Virus record (IMG/VR): IMGVR_UViG_3300017644_000001
Span: 1-58,993 of that record
DNA from: a virus
Lineage: Duplodnaviria > Caudoviricetes
Direction: 5' to 3' (one strand)
DNA: 58,993 nt
Below are positions 17,921 through 27,864 of the stretch, piece by piece. Made by a program: the position numbers and the translations under genes. A model generated the notes under the pieces. It saw nothing but the letters and a program-made list of their open reading frames with translations. It did not search any database and was not told the origin of the DNA. Each line of letters begins with the position of its first letter. Within the stretch, counting starts at the first letter, position 1.

Positions 17921-18739
17921 TCAGTCCTCTGGCGGCAACGCCGCGTCGATTGCTTCCTGGTTTCCGACCCAGTTGCCGTCCGTAAACTCGACATCGGCCC
18001 CGGTCAGCGGCGGCGTCGTCTCGTTCGGTGCCGGCGGATCGACCGCCGGACCAATTCCAAGCCCGAACGATCCGAAGTCGCGCAGTCCGAGGTCGGTAGC
18101 GATCCGCCGCCACTCGGGCAGGCTCGGCGTCTCGATCTCGGCCTGCATCAGCTTCGCGAAGCCTCCCAACTCTGGATCGGCGCGCATCAGCGTCAGCAGC
18201 TTGTCCCACGGGCCGCCCGACTGGACCGGGCCGAACGACGGCTCAGCAAGCGGCAGGACATGCAGCACGATCTGGCGCGCTGCGAAGCGGACGCCCTTCT
18301 CAGCACTCGCGCCACGGCGGCCGACGACCTTATCGACGCGCCCGATGAACAGCCGCAACAGGTCCGACCACTCGTTGCCGGCGAGCAAGGCACGCTGGAC
18401 CTGCCGGCCCATCAGGTTAAGCGCGAACTCAAGGCTCGCATCGGTGTGCGGGACGACGATTTCCTCGGCCGTCTCGCCCTCGCCAAGCTCGACAGTGACC
18501 CTCTGGGCCAACGACATCTCAATAACGAGCGAAAGCGACTGCTCGTAGCCGAGCAGGTCGCGCCCCATCGGCTCGCCCTCGGTGTCGTCGGTGCTGACCG
18601 TGATGATCGGCCGCGCCTCGGATTGGACCGTGACGTCGATGGGGTCGATGGCGCTGTCGCTGACGCGACCCTCGGCTAGCGTCGCACCCTTGAGCGCACG
18701 AACTGCGGCGATCCGAATTGCGGCGGCAACGAGGCTCAT
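17921..18739 (-). CDS. Putative tail terminator / neck protein
   Basis: 272 aa between the head-tail joining gene and GpV; assigned by synteny. Confidence 0.6.
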   Translation of the reverse strand: MSLVAAAIRIAAVRALKGATLAEGRVSDSAIDPIDVTVQSEARPIITVSTDDTEGEPMGRDLLGYEQSLSLVIEMSLAQRVTVELGEGETAEEIVVPHTDASLEFALNLMGRQVQRALLAGNEWSDLLRLFIGRVDKVVGRRGASAEKGVRFAARQIVLHVLPLAEPSFGPVQSGGPWDKLLTLMRADPELGGFAKLMQAEIETPSLPEWRRIATDLGLRDFGSFGLGIGPAVDPPAPNETTPPLTGADVEFTDGNWVGNQEAIDAALPPED

Positions 18740-19140
18740 GTCTCACCCGTCAGGATAAGTGTCACGCCGCCAGCGTCAGGCGTCACGCGGGAAACTGAAT
18801 AGACCGGCTGGCCAGCCTGATCGGTCATGACCACCGCGTCTTGCTTTTGGACTTCGTACCCGAGTGCGGCGTAAGACGCCGCGCTCATCCAGACCTCGGC
18901 CGTGCGGAGCGCGATCTTCGACGATGTGTCGATCCGCACGCCGGTGCGCTGGCCGATGAAGTTGTCGGAGGCGATGCCGAACGACACCACCGCAACAACA
19001 TCCTTGGCCGGGCGCGTCGGGTCGGTCGCGCGCTCGGTGTACTGGCTCGCAACGCGCGGCTCGATGCGAACGGCCTCCCCGAACACTTCCTCGGTCACAG
19101 CCTGAGAGGATGCGTCGATTTCGTCGAACAGGGAGGCCAT
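18736..19140 (-). CDS. Putative head-tail joining (stopper, FII-like) protein
   Basis: 134 aa, beta-rich, directly after the capsid gene; FGEAV..YSVSRVTPD. Confidence 0.65.
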   Translation of the reverse strand: MASLFDEIDASSQAVTEEVFGEAVRIEPRVASQYTERATDPTRPAKDVVAVVSFGIASDNFIGQRTGVRIDTSSKIALRTAEVWMSAASYAALGYEVQKQDAVVMTDQAGQPVYSVSRVTPDAGGVTLILTGET

Positions 19141-19171
19141 CGCATTTCACCTTGCGCTACGCCGCGGACCG

Positions 19172-20212
19172 TTACGCCTTGCGCTTTCCGCTCATCAGGA
19201 CACGCGGGCGCGTGCAGTAGTGGATGGCGTTCATCTGGAATTCCAGTTCAACGCCTTTCTTGTTCCGCATCTCCATCTGATGTGCGTAGAGACGCTGTCC
19301 GGGACGGCCGACCGTATCCATGTAGTCGGCCGGGCCGTACACAGTACGGAACAAGCCGGGCACCCCGAGCGGAATGAACTTGACCTTGTCGGAAGGGACG
19401 TTCACCGCGGCGTTGCCGCGGTAGTTCACCCACTTGATGTTGAACAGGTTGATCTCGCCCCAGACACCGGACTGGACGCTGCTGTTGTTCGTGGGGATCA
19501 GCGCGGACCGCAGGGCATAAGCCAAGTCGGTGCTCTTGTAGCTGTCGATGACTTCGGGGTGCGCCGTGAGGTCATCGAAGAAGTTGTCACCACACAGAGC
19601 CAGGACGCCGGTAAACGGGAGCCCACCGAGAGCCGTCCCCATCGCGCGGGTAAGTGCTGTGGACTTCCTACGGAGGGCACCTGGAGCCGGATTGGCGGCG
19701 GACAAGTCCCAATTAACCTCGTCCGCGGTATCTTCACCGAACTCGTCATAGTAGTTGAAGATCACCTTACCGTCCGCATCGAGCAGCTTCCCTTGGGTCA
19801 CGACGCCGAGGCGGTGGTACTCCTCGGTCAGTGCGAACGACTGGCTATGCTCGGCCGCACGGTCTGCGATCTTGGTCTGCAACATTTCCGTGGCGACCTC
19901 GTCACCGAAACGGCGAACGCCAACCACTTCGTCGGCGTAAATCGCGTCCTTCCGCTCGAAGTGCGGGATCGTCAGCTTGCGGAGGACACGACGGCCGCGG
20001 CCGGTAGTGTCGCCGGTGCCACCACGCGGCGAAGCCGGGACGATGGAGATGATCTGGTCCTTGTCCGTCTCAATCGCGATGTCGAGCGTATCGACAGACG
20101 TGGTCTGGAACAGACCGAGCGACGAGATGTAGCTCGGGACGTACTTGATCTCCCGCATCGCGTCGGCGAGACGGAGGACCGTGAAGGCGTCTTGATTGAA
20201 GATGTCGAGCAT
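19172..20212 (-). CDS. Major capsid protein (lambda gpE family)
   Basis: Motifs DAFTVLRL, SPRGG, IPHFERKDAI, TEEYHRLG, YGPADY and CTRPRVL. Confidence 0.93.
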   Translation of the reverse strand: MLDIFNQDAFTVLRLADAMREIKYVPSYISSLGLFQTTSVDTLDIAIETDKDQIISIVPASPRGGTGDTTGRGRRVLRKLTIPHFERKDAIYADEVVGVRRFGDEVATEMLQTKIADRAAEHSQSFALTEEYHRLGVVTQGKLLDADGKVIFNYYDEFGEDTADEVNWDLSAANPAPGALRRKSTALTRAMGTALGGLPFTGVLALCGDNFFDDLTAHPEVIDSYKSTDLAYALRSALIPTNNSSVQSGVWGEINLFNIKWVNYRGNAAVNVPSDKVKFIPLGVPGLFRTVYGPADYMDTVGRPGQRLYAHQMEMRNKKGVELEFQMNAIHYCTRPRVLMSGKRKA

Positions 20213-20227
20213 TTTGCCCTCTAAATG

Positions 20228-20252
20228 AAAACGCCGGGCTCAAGGCCCGGCG
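20228..20252 (-). terminator. Terminator-like hairpin between the decoration and capsid genes
   Basis: cgccgggc-cttga-gcccggcg followed by tttt. Confidence 0.6.
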
Positions 20253-20294
20253 CTTCGGAAAGAAGATGATGGTGTGGTGGCGCTGGCGAAGTCG

Positions 20295-20960
20295 TCAGCG
20301 GACGATGATGTTGCGCTCGGCGAGTGCCTGCACCGCGTCAGCCTTCTGGGCATCCGTGATGCCGTCCGGCCACGCGATGTTGTTGCCGTTGAGCGTGGCA
20401 AGTCGGCTAATCACCGACGCGGCCTTCGTCTCGCCAGAGCCGGTCGCGACCGGATAGATCGACATACCGACCGGCACTTCGGAGCCGTCGTTATTGTCAG
20501 GGTCGAACGCAACGTGCTGGTAGTCCTCGGCGTCGGCCTCGACCGTCACGGTGAAGCCGTTGCCGGCGGCGAAGTCGCTCGCGTCGGAGATCGTGAACTT
20601 GATCTCGCCGTCGAACGCGACGCCCTCGGTCGCGATGCCGACCTGACGGCCGCTCGGATCGGTGACTTCGAACTTCGCGCCGCCGCTCACCGGCTCGATG
20701 CAGGTGACGTTGTAGACGCCATCCTTCACGCGAGCCGACACCGCCGGATCGGCAAGCGTCAGTACGCCAGAGCCGGCGGCGTTTCCGGCGTTAGCGGCAG
20801 CGGTGGCAACGATGCCGGTCGCCACAGCTTTGCGCGCGACGAGGCCGTTGGCCTTGATGGTCTGGCTCGCGGCGACGGTGACGTTCTCGCGCGAGATGTC
20901 ACCGTTCCCCTCGGACATGATGGCCTCGCCAGGATGGCGGCCTTCGGTAAGTGCGGGCAT
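20295..20960 (-). CDS. Head decoration protein with an inserted beta domain
   Basis: LTEGRHPGEAIMSEG..SRENVT, DPDNNDGSE and WPDGIT..LAERNIIVR, with a ~90 aa internal insertion. Confidence 0.85.
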   Translation of the reverse strand: MPALTEGRHPGEAIMSEGNGDISRENVTVAASQTIKANGLVARKAVATGIVATAAANAGNAAGSGVLTLADPAVSARVKDGVYNVTCIEPVSGGAKFEVTDPSGRQVGIATEGVAFDGEIKFTISDASDFAAGNGFTVTVEADAEDYQHVAFDPDNNDGSEVPVGMSIYPVATGSGETKAASVISRLATLNGNNIAWPDGITDAQKADAVQALAERNIIVR

Positions 20961-21021
20961 GTGAACCCTCTTTAGGTGTGTCTGTTGAGTTGATGGAGCG
21001 CGACGTTTCCGCCGCTACGGA

Positions 21022-21435
21022 TCAGCCGAAACGCTTGTTTGCGTTGGCGACGGCCTTCGACCAGCCGGCCGAAGCGTCGGCGGCGGCCTGCTTCGGCTTG
21101 GCGGGTCCGCCGACCGAAGGCTCAGCGGCAGCGGCGGCCATGCGCTGCTCAAGACCAGATGCCGCCACGACCTTCGGGGACGCGGCGAGCATCGTCTTGG
21201 CCGCATCGACCGACAGACCGGCCCGGAATGCAGCGATGGCTTGATCCTTGCGGCCTTCGGCCTCCGGGAGCGCCAGCATCGCATCGAGCCGCGCGACCGC
21301 CTCGGTGAAGCCTTCGGCCTTACCCTCGGCTTTACCCTTAGTGAAGCTTTCGGCGCTGGCTTTCGCCACCGCTTGATCGAGTTCGGCCTGGGAAAACCCG
21401 CCGGCCTGGGCGGTATCGTCTTTCGCATTCGACAT
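21022..21435 (-). CDS. Nested in-frame scaffolding protein (lambda Nu3-like)
   Basis: Internal AGGAG-N8-ATG giving MSNAKDD...; Ala/Lys/Glu-rich helical 137 aa. Confidence 0.7.
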   Translation of the reverse strand: MSNAKDDTAQAGGFSQAELDQAVAKASAESFTKGKAEGKAEGFTEAVARLDAMLALPEAEGRKDQAIAAFRAGLSVDAAKTMLAASPKVVAASGLEQRMAAAAAEPSVGGPAKPKQAAADASAGWSKAVANANKRFG

Positions 21436-22332
21436 GCGACTTGCTCCTGCAAATGTCCGCCCGCGTGGACGGTTGGGGGTTGAAAGTTCGGAGAGGACTT
21501 GATCGAGCGAGCCGATCCGGTCCGCGAGCCCGGCCTTCACGGCTTCGGCGCCGATGAAAAGGCGGGCTTCTGTTTCGCGCGCTCGCTGCGCGGTGGTGCG
21601 GGCGCCGCGACCGGCCTCGACGGTTTCGAGGAAGCGGTCATAGAGCGTCATCACCTGTTGCTGCATTTCGGCTGCGACCTCGGCGGTCAGCGGGCCGAAC
21701 GGGTATCCATCGACCTTGTGCGCGCCGGCATAGATCAGCGTCGGGCGAATGCCCTTTTGGGCAAGCTCGCCGGACCGATCCAGGTGCAGCCGCACAACGC
21801 CGATGGAGCCGACGACGGATGTCGGCGACACCACGATCTCGTCGGCGCCGGAAATGATCCCGTAGCCGGCCGAGGCCGCCATATCATCGACCACCGCAAT
21901 GACCCGCTTCGAGCGCGCGGCCTCGCGGACCGTCGCCGCGAGCTTGAACATGCCGCCGGCTTCGCCGCCCGGCGTGTCTATGTCGATCACGATGGAGTGG
22001 ATTTCGTTGTCCGACGCGGCGTCTTTGAACTGCGCGTCGAGCCCCTCGTAGCTGGTCATGCCGGAACGGCTATCGAGCCAAGCGCCGCGGTTGACCAAAC
22101 TGCCAACGACGGGGATCAACGCGACGCCCTTCGAGGCGCGCACGAAAGACCAGTCCCGCGTCTCGCGACGCCGCGTCCCAAGGAAGCGCGAGGCTTCCGG
22201 CCCGTTCGGCTCGGGGATTTCAAGCCCAGGCGTCAGCTTCTCGCGGAGCGCCCAGGCGATGATCTCGGCCTTTTCGGGATGGATCAGGAGCGGCGCGCCG
22301 TAGAGGCGCGCTGCGATCAATGGATAGTTCAT
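21022..22332 (-). CDS. Prohead protease, S49 family (lambda gpC-like), with C-terminal scaffold region
   Basis: Motifs DIDTPGGE, AASAGY, VGSIGV and AGAHKVDG. Confidence 0.93.
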   Translation of the reverse strand: MNYPLIAARLYGAPLLIHPEKAEIIAWALREKLTPGLEIPEPNGPEASRFLGTRRRETRDWSFVRASKGVALIPVVGSLVNRGAWLDSRSGMTSYEGLDAQFKDAASDNEIHSIVIDIDTPGGEAGGMFKLAATVREAARSKRVIAVVDDMAASAGYGIISGADEIVVSPTSVVGSIGVVRLHLDRSGELAQKGIRPTLIYAGAHKVDGYPFGPLTAEVAAEMQQQVMTLYDRFLETVEAGRGARTTAQRARETEARLFIGAEAVKAGLADRIGSLDQVLSELSTPNRPRGRTFAGASRMSNAKDDTAQAGGFSQAELDQAVAKASAESFTKGKAEGKAEGFTEAVARLDAMLALPEAEGRKDQAIAAFRAGLSVDAAKTMLAASPKVVAASGLEQRMAAAAAEPSVGGPAKPKQAAADASAGWSKAVANANKRFG

Positions 22333-22335
22333 CGG

Positions 22336-22581
22336 TCACCCCGCCAAGATGACGCGGCGCTTCGACCCGCCCTGCGTCGCCGCGCACATCGCCTCAAGGC
22401 GTCGCACCTCCTCGCGTAGGAGGTTGATGTCAACGCGATGAAACTCGGTGGTGCGCTTCGTTCCGCCCGCCGTGGTGAACTCGATGGACACTACCCGCTG
22501 CCCACCGAGCATCTTGTAATAGGCCTCGCGCAGGCTCGGCAGCACAGCACAAGGGTTCGCGTAATCAAGCGTCGGCATCAC
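22336..22581 (-). CDS. Head-tail adaptor (gpW-like)
   Basis: 81 aa; LREAYYKMLGG..VSIEF..LREEVRRLE; next to the portal gene. Confidence 0.75.
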   Translation of the reverse strand: MMPTLDYANPCAVLPSLREAYYKMLGGQRVVSIEFTTAGGTKRTTEFHRVDINLLREEVRRLEAMCAATQGGSKRRVILAG

Positions 22582-22596
22582 ACCGTCCTTTCAGTG

Positions 22597-24240
22597 TCAG
22601 TTCGCCGCGGCGGGCTCTGGCTTTTTGGGCGGCGTGTCGCGCTGACCGCCGCTCTCGTCGGTCTTGTCCGGCTGCGGTTGACCAAGGATCGGGTCGTCGA
22701 TGCCGTTCTCTTTGCGAAGCTGTTTCGCGCGGGCACGCTCGACGACCACGTCCTCGTAGTCCTCACCGTTTTCCTCGGCGATCTGGAACTCGGACTTGGT
22801 GCCCATCTTGAGATGGGTTTCGTTCGCGCGCGCGGCGACGCCTTCGTCGGCTTGCGGCTTCGGTGAGCCCTTCCACTCCGCGTTACACGCCGCGGCGCGG
22901 TTCATGATGAAGTTCTCGATCCCGCCGGGGAACTCAATCGTGCCGTTGTCAATGGCTTCTTCGAGCCACGCTTCGTAAACGGCCTGACAGAACGGTGCGA
23001 CGATGTTCTGCCGGCGCATCATGACGATGCGCCAGATTTCATCAGTCGCGAACCGCACCGACGAGAACGTGACGCCGGCATAGTCGCCGGTCATGCTCTC
23101 GTAGGTGATCCCGAGCGCCCGCGCGATCTCGCGCAGCAAGAACAGCGCGAAGTCTTTGAAGTTCGGCGGCGCGCCCTCACTGGCGTGCAGGTCAAGCTTC
23201 TGGCCGGGGAACAGGTGGACCAGACGACCGGCAACGCCGAGGTCGATAGCGGCGCGGTCGTACCAACCAGACTGAGCCTCGAACCAGACGTCGTAAGGCG
23301 AGACGCCTTGCGACTTAAACCGGGCTTCCTCCTGCGGGGTGATAAGGCCGCGGATCGCTTCCTCGGTCACTTCGTCAGACGTGATCGACGCAGCAAACGC
23401 TTGGCTGATGATCGCTTTCATCAACGTGGCGTTGGCAAGCTGGTCGAATTGCCGAGCGACACGGAGCGCCGGGACCAACGGCGTGATGCCGCGGACCTGA
23501 CCCGCCATGCCGTCGAAGACGTGCAGCACGTTCGGCCGACCCATGCCGTCGCGCGCGCGCTTTACGATCTCCTGGCCGTAAGCGCCGAGCCCGGCCAGCT
23601 TGTCATCAACGCGGAACAGGTACGCGACCGGCATCCCATCGGCGTCCATCTGGACGCCTTGGATGATGCGGTCGAGGTCTGCGCTTCGCTGCGACAACCG
23701 CTGCGGCGGCACCACGCGGGTCTTGGTCGCGTAGGTCGCGCCGGGCCGGCGGCGCCACGGAAATTCCGCGACCGCCTCCCCGGCGGCAAAGTAAGAGCGC
23801 AGCGCAACCGCTTGCTGCTGGCCGAAGTTGCGGCGAGCCTCGACGTCGCACTCGTAAGGGTTACGCGCGTAGATCGCGAACTCCTCCTCGACCTTCTTCG
23901 TCCACTCGGAGTACGACGTGTTGCTGGCGAACAACCGGCGGGCAGGTTTTGCATCGAGGCGAAGCCCAGTGCCGACCGTGTTTGCGACAGCCTGCTCGAT
24001 GCCGCCGGCAATCCAGCCAACGTTCTGCATGCTGTCGATGGCGCGCGCCGTTGCGAGTGGCCACGCAGCCTGCACGTCCTCGCGCGCATCGCGTAGCTGC
24101 GGCATCCAGCCGGCGAAGGTCGGCGACTTGCCGTCGCGCATGAAGCCAGCGCGGATGCGCGAGCGATCAATGTCAGCGGTCACGCCGCCGACCGCCGGCA
24201 CGCTCGTCGCGCGCCGGGTCTTGGTCTTGGACTTCGACAT
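22597..24240 (-). CDS. Portal protein (lambda family)
   Basis: Motifs NTVGTGL, IIQGVQMDADG.PVAY, VLHVF..GQVRGI and LGITYESMTGDY..FSSVR. Confidence 0.93.
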   Translation of the reverse strand: MSKSKTKTRRATSVPAVGGVTADIDRSRIRAGFMRDGKSPTFAGWMPQLRDAREDVQAAWPLATARAIDSMQNVGWIAGGIEQAVANTVGTGLRLDAKPARRLFASNTSYSEWTKKVEEEFAIYARNPYECDVEARRNFGQQQAVALRSYFAAGEAVAEFPWRRRPGATYATKTRVVPPQRLSQRSADLDRIIQGVQMDADGMPVAYLFRVDDKLAGLGAYGQEIVKRARDGMGRPNVLHVFDGMAGQVRGITPLVPALRVARQFDQLANATLMKAIISQAFAASITSDEVTEEAIRGLITPQEEARFKSQGVSPYDVWFEAQSGWYDRAAIDLGVAGRLVHLFPGQKLDLHASEGAPPNFKDFALFLLREIARALGITYESMTGDYAGVTFSSVRFATDEIWRIVMMRRQNIVAPFCQAVYEAWLEEAIDNGTIEFPGGIENFIMNRAAACNAEWKGSPKPQADEGVAARANETHLKMGTKSEFQIAEENGEDYEDVVVERARAKQLRKENGIDDPILGQPQPDKTDESGGQRDTPPKKPEPAAAN

Positions 24241-24243
24241 GGC

Positions 24244-26355
24244 TCACCGATGAAGGCGTGACGCCTTGTTGGCGAACCGATCCCGCAGCGACGACACGCC
24301 GGTTTCCGCAGGCCGCGTCGGGCGCGGCGGCTGCGGCGGTGGCTCGTCGTTGTCAGGATCGGCCGCGGCGCGCGGTACAGGGATCGGAGCGTCGCTCCAA
24401 TCTCGCACCGCGCCTTCCGGGATGGCCTGGACGCGCAGCGTGTACGCGGCGGCTGCCGCCAGCGCCTCGCAGTCCAGAAAGTGGTTTGCTCGGTTGCGAC
24501 GGACCCACACCGGCTTGTGCGTAGCCGGCGAGATGACCCGCCCTTCCGAAACGATCTGCCGGCAATAGTCCTCGGTGATCCCGTTCGGGGCACCATCGGA
24601 CGCAAACGTCGGCAGATGAAAGCTCCCCGGCTTGCCGGGTTGAAGACGGACGCGGCTGTGCACCTCGGATTTGAAGTGATCCGAGTTCAGGTGCATCAGC
24701 ATCAAGGAGTGCGGTGCCTTCTTCGCGCCGTCCTCCTTCACCTCGATCTGCGCCGACCGCACCGGAGTGGTCTGAGTGTCGTGGCCTTTCGTGGCATAGG
24801 CCAGCCACGAATAGTCGCGGCAGAACCGATAGACGCGGTGCATGTCGCCGGCTTCCGGCTTATCGGGCCGGAAGCCGCTGTCCACGAACGCGCGCTCGAT
24901 CAGCAGCCCGTCTTGGAGCGGCGTCATGAGCATCCGCGCAAGCTGATCCCAGACGTCGTCCTCGTTGGTTGGGCCGTACAACTGCCCGAAGTCGAGGAGC
25001 CAGGACGAACCGCTCGCGCCCCATCCGCGGATCACCCAATAAAGCGACCGCTTCTGCACGTCGATGCCGGCCGTGACGCGCAGCACTTCGCGCGGAACCT
25101 CACCGATCCGGTACGGCAAGCACTTCGCCTTAACCTCCTCCCACTCGGGGATTTCGCCGCCAGCGCCGAGCGCAAAGCACTCGCCGAAGCCGGCGTTGAT
25201 CGCCGTCTGAACCTTGTCGTCCTCGCCGGTGGCGACCGCTTGCAGATACCGCTCGACGCGCTCGCCCCATGTCCGAAACGGCGACGCAAGACCCGACACC
25301 CAGAACGAGCAGGTCGAACTATCGGGCGGCGCGCCCTCGACGTAGCCGTTACGGTTGATTGTCTGCCCCGGCGCGATGTAGGTGCCGGCGTCGTTCATCA
25401 ACTCCTTGTCGCTGTCGTGATGCACGCCACCGCAGTGCGGGCAGATCAGCGTGGTGTTGCGTCGCGCCTGGGCCGGCGTGGCTCCTTTCGGATAGTCGAG
25501 GCACGAGAAGCGCGGCACGAAGTATTCGCGGCAGTGCTTACACGGCCAGACCCAATGATACCGCGTCCCTTCCTGGAACAGCTTCCAGATGCCGGACTTA
25601 ATGTCGTTCGGGTCGGCGACCTTCCAAAATTCGAGGCCTGACACAGGATCGACCTCCGTCTCGATCAACCCTTGAGAGGGTGTCGAGGTGACCACTGTCA
25701 CGAAGTCGGCGTAGGTGTCGCCGCGGGCTTTAACCAGGCCAAGCGGGTCGCCCTGCCCTTTGATGTTCGCAAGCATCTCGTCGTACTCATCGACGAATGC
25801 CAATGCGGCGGGATCGGACTTCAACGCGGCCGACGAGCCGCCATGCGCGAGGCGGACCGGTACGCCCGCGACCATCTTGCGCGTCTTCTTGACCTTCTTG
25901 CCGCGCCCGACCTTGAGTTTGAGCGTCTTGGCCTCGTCGAGGAGCGCGGTCAGGCGCGGCTCGAACTGATCGGTCACAAAGTCGCGTGTCGGGCCGACGT
26001 ACAGGATTGGAGCGGGCCGCTGATCGAGCCGGTGCCCGATGCAATCCAGTTCCAGATCGGTCTTACCCATCTGCGCGGCCATCGCAGCGACGACGTTGTC
26101 ATACTTGCCAGACGCCACCGCGTCGGCGATGGCGACGACGTAAGGCGTCAGCCAGGGATCGCGCGGGCCGGGCTTGCCGGCCGTTTCTGGGTAGTGACGA
26201 TTATCCTTCGCCCAATGGCTCGGGCTCGTCTTTGCCGCCGGCTGGATCAGCGGGCGGACCGCGTCGATAATCGAGCGAAAGCTCTGCGAGCTTAGCGTCC
26301 ACTTGCGAGCGCACGCGGTCCAGAATGGCCTCAAGTCTGCGTCGCTCATCGACAT
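24244..26355 (-). CDS. Terminase large subunit (lambda gpA family); start uncertain
   Basis: AAQMGKT (Walker A), AFVDEYD (Walker B), STP, CKHC/CPHC, AGIDVQ, VDSG and NHFLDC. Confidence 0.95.
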   Translation of the reverse strand: MSMSDADLRPFWTACARKWTLSSQSFRSIIDAVRPLIQPAAKTSPSHWAKDNRHYPETAGKPGPRDPWLTPYVVAIADAVASGKYDNVVAAMAAQMGKTDLELDCIGHRLDQRPAPILYVGPTRDFVTDQFEPRLTALLDEAKTLKLKVGRGKKVKKTRKMVAGVPVRLAHGGSSAALKSDPAALAFVDEYDEMLANIKGQGDPLGLVKARGDTYADFVTVVTSTPSQGLIETEVDPVSGLEFWKVADPNDIKSGIWKLFQEGTRYHWVWPCKHCREYFVPRFSCLDYPKGATPAQARRNTTLICPHCGGVHHDSDKELMNDAGTYIAPGQTINRNGYVEGAPPDSSTCSFWVSGLASPFRTWGERVERYLQAVATGEDDKVQTAINAGFGECFALGAGGEIPEWEEVKAKCLPYRIGEVPREVLRVTAGIDVQKRSLYWVIRGWGASGSSWLLDFGQLYGPTNEDDVWDQLARMLMTPLQDGLLIERAFVDSGFRPDKPEAGDMHRVYRFCRDYSWLAYATKGHDTQTTPVRSAQIEVKEDGAKKAPHSLMLMHLNSDHFKSEVHSRVRLQPGKPGSFHLPTFASDGAPNGITEDYCRQIVSEGRVISPATHKPVWVRRNRANHFLDCEALAAAAAYTLRVQAIPEGAVRDWSDAPIPVPRAAADPDNDEPPPQPPRPTRPAETGVSSLRDRFANKASRLHR

Positions 26356-26719
26356 CTCGCGTAAATTCGGCCGGCATGCCGTTGAGCAGCGACATGAACA
26401 AGCCGATCACGCCGTTCACAAAATGCTGCGCCTCGTCGAAGGGAACGAGTTCCGCTTCCTCCTTCGCCGTCCGTAGTTCGATCTCCCGCGCACGCGCGTC
26501 GCGCACGCGACTGTCCGCTGCCGTCTTACTGGCGCGCCGCTCATCGTCCTTGAGGAAGCGGATATAGCCTTGAACAGCACCGACCAGCGGCACCCGCCCC
26601 TTCTCGGAGCGCGGGATATAACTGGCCTTCTGTAACTGCCGGATGCGCTCCTCCGAGATCATCAGGAGGAGCGCGGCCTGCCCGATTGGCAACGTCCCGG
26701 TCTGCGGTTGGTCCGCCAT
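26201..26719 (-). CDS. Terminase small subunit (Nu1-like)
   Basis: N-terminal wHTH (AALLLMISEERIRQL..VQGYIRFL) plus coiled coil; directly upstream of TerL. Confidence 0.85.
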   Translation of the reverse strand: MADQPQTGTLPIGQAALLLMISEERIRQLQKASYIPRSEKGRVPLVGAVQGYIRFLKDDERRASKTAADSRVRDARAREIELRTAKEEAELVPFDEAQHFVNGVIGLFMSLLNGMPAEFTRDVDERRRLEAILDRVRSQVDAKLAELSLDYRRGPPADPAGGKDEPEPLGEG

Positions 26720-26842
26720 TCCCACCTCTGCTCACCGAGCATTTCGCCGCCCGCCCCCATGCGACGAGAGCATGGTCTTAGGAGTGGCTCTTTTCGGACG
26801 GTCGCTGCTCTCTCAACCGCGTCAACGCGGAAAGGACAGCGC

Positions 26843-27670
26843 ATGAAATACGGAAGCCTCAAAGAGTACGAGATCGACATCATCGCGAACGCCAAGCGGT
26901 TCGATGTTGCCGTCTTTCTCGGCACCGGCCGCTTCGCGCGCGAAACCGAACTCCCGAGCCTTGATACCGCCCGCGAGCGCGGCGCGGCGATGGCGAAGGA
27001 AGCGGCCAACGGCCGCCCCGCGATGATCTACGCGGTATCGGCCGAAGGCCGGTCCGTTCTCGTCCCCAAGACCTACCAGCCGGCTCGACCAGCCGAACAA
27101 CCCGAGGAGACTGCAATGCCTGCCACGAAATTCACCGGCACCGAGATCGCCAAGCTGACCGCCATCATCACCGGCGGCGGATACAAGCGGACCAACTCCA
27201 AGGACGCCGCGATTAAGCGGTTCCTCAACGCGGCGAAGGACAAGGGCATCGAGAAGCCCGACACGTTCCTCGCCATGCCGTCGTTCGACGACGCCGCGTC
27301 GGCGTTGCGCGGCAAGAAGGCGCCGCGGTCCGTGAATATCGAGGACATACACAAGTCCAATCACCCGACCGCGAAAGCCAACGCCGCGTCCTGGCGCAAG
27401 GAGAACGGCGGGCCGGTCGCGGTTCCCAAGGGCGGCAAGCGCGCCGCGATCCTGGAAGCCGCCAAGGCCGGCACCCTGCCCGAGCCGCCCGACTTCTCGG
27501 CCAAGACCCACGAGCGGTTCCGACCGAAGCTGGCGAAGGTCGTCGAACTCGCCAAGGCCGGCGACATCAAAGGCCTCAAGGCGATGGAGATCAACCCGGT
27601 GTCGAGCAGCCCGAAGGCGATGGCCCGTTATCGCGATCTCTGCGTGATCGCGTTGGAGTCGCGGAAATGA
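26843..27670 (+). CDS. Hypothetical basic protein, antisense to the late operon, with an internal second start at 27116
   Basis: AAGGA RBS, strong GC3 bias, and internal in-frame GAGGAG-N6-ATG. Confidence 0.8.
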   Translation: MKYGSLKEYEIDIIANAKRFDVAVFLGTGRFARETELPSLDTARERGAAMAKEAANGRPAMIYAVSAEGRSVLVPKTYQPARPAEQPEETAMPATKFTGTEIAKLTAIITGGGYKRTNSKDAAIKRFLNAAKDKGIEKPDTFLAMPSFDDAASALRGKKAPRSVNIEDIHKSNHPTAKANAASWRKENGGPVAVPKGGKRAAILEAAKAGTLPEPPDFSAKTHERFRPKLAKVVELAKAGDIKGLKAMEINPVSSSPKAMARYRDLCVIALESRK

Positions 27671-27864
27671 CAAAGCGCACGCCCGAGCAGGAAGCGAATG
27701 CGCGGGAGTATGCCCGTCAGATGATGATGCCCTGGCGAACGGTCCTGGCCTATTTCCGCGCGCATAGCCTCGTGACGTTGCGCGACATCCACCGCGCGTT
27801 TCCCCGCGCCGGCCATGTCGCCCAGGATATGCAGGCGGCAATCACTAAATGGGCTCTGAAATGA
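27667..27864 (+). CDS. Hypothetical protein
   Basis: 65 aa, ATGA-coupled on both sides. Confidence 0.6.
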   Translation: MTKRTPEQEANAREYARQMMMPWRTVLAYFRAHSLVTLRDIHRAFPRAGHVAQDMQAAITKWALK

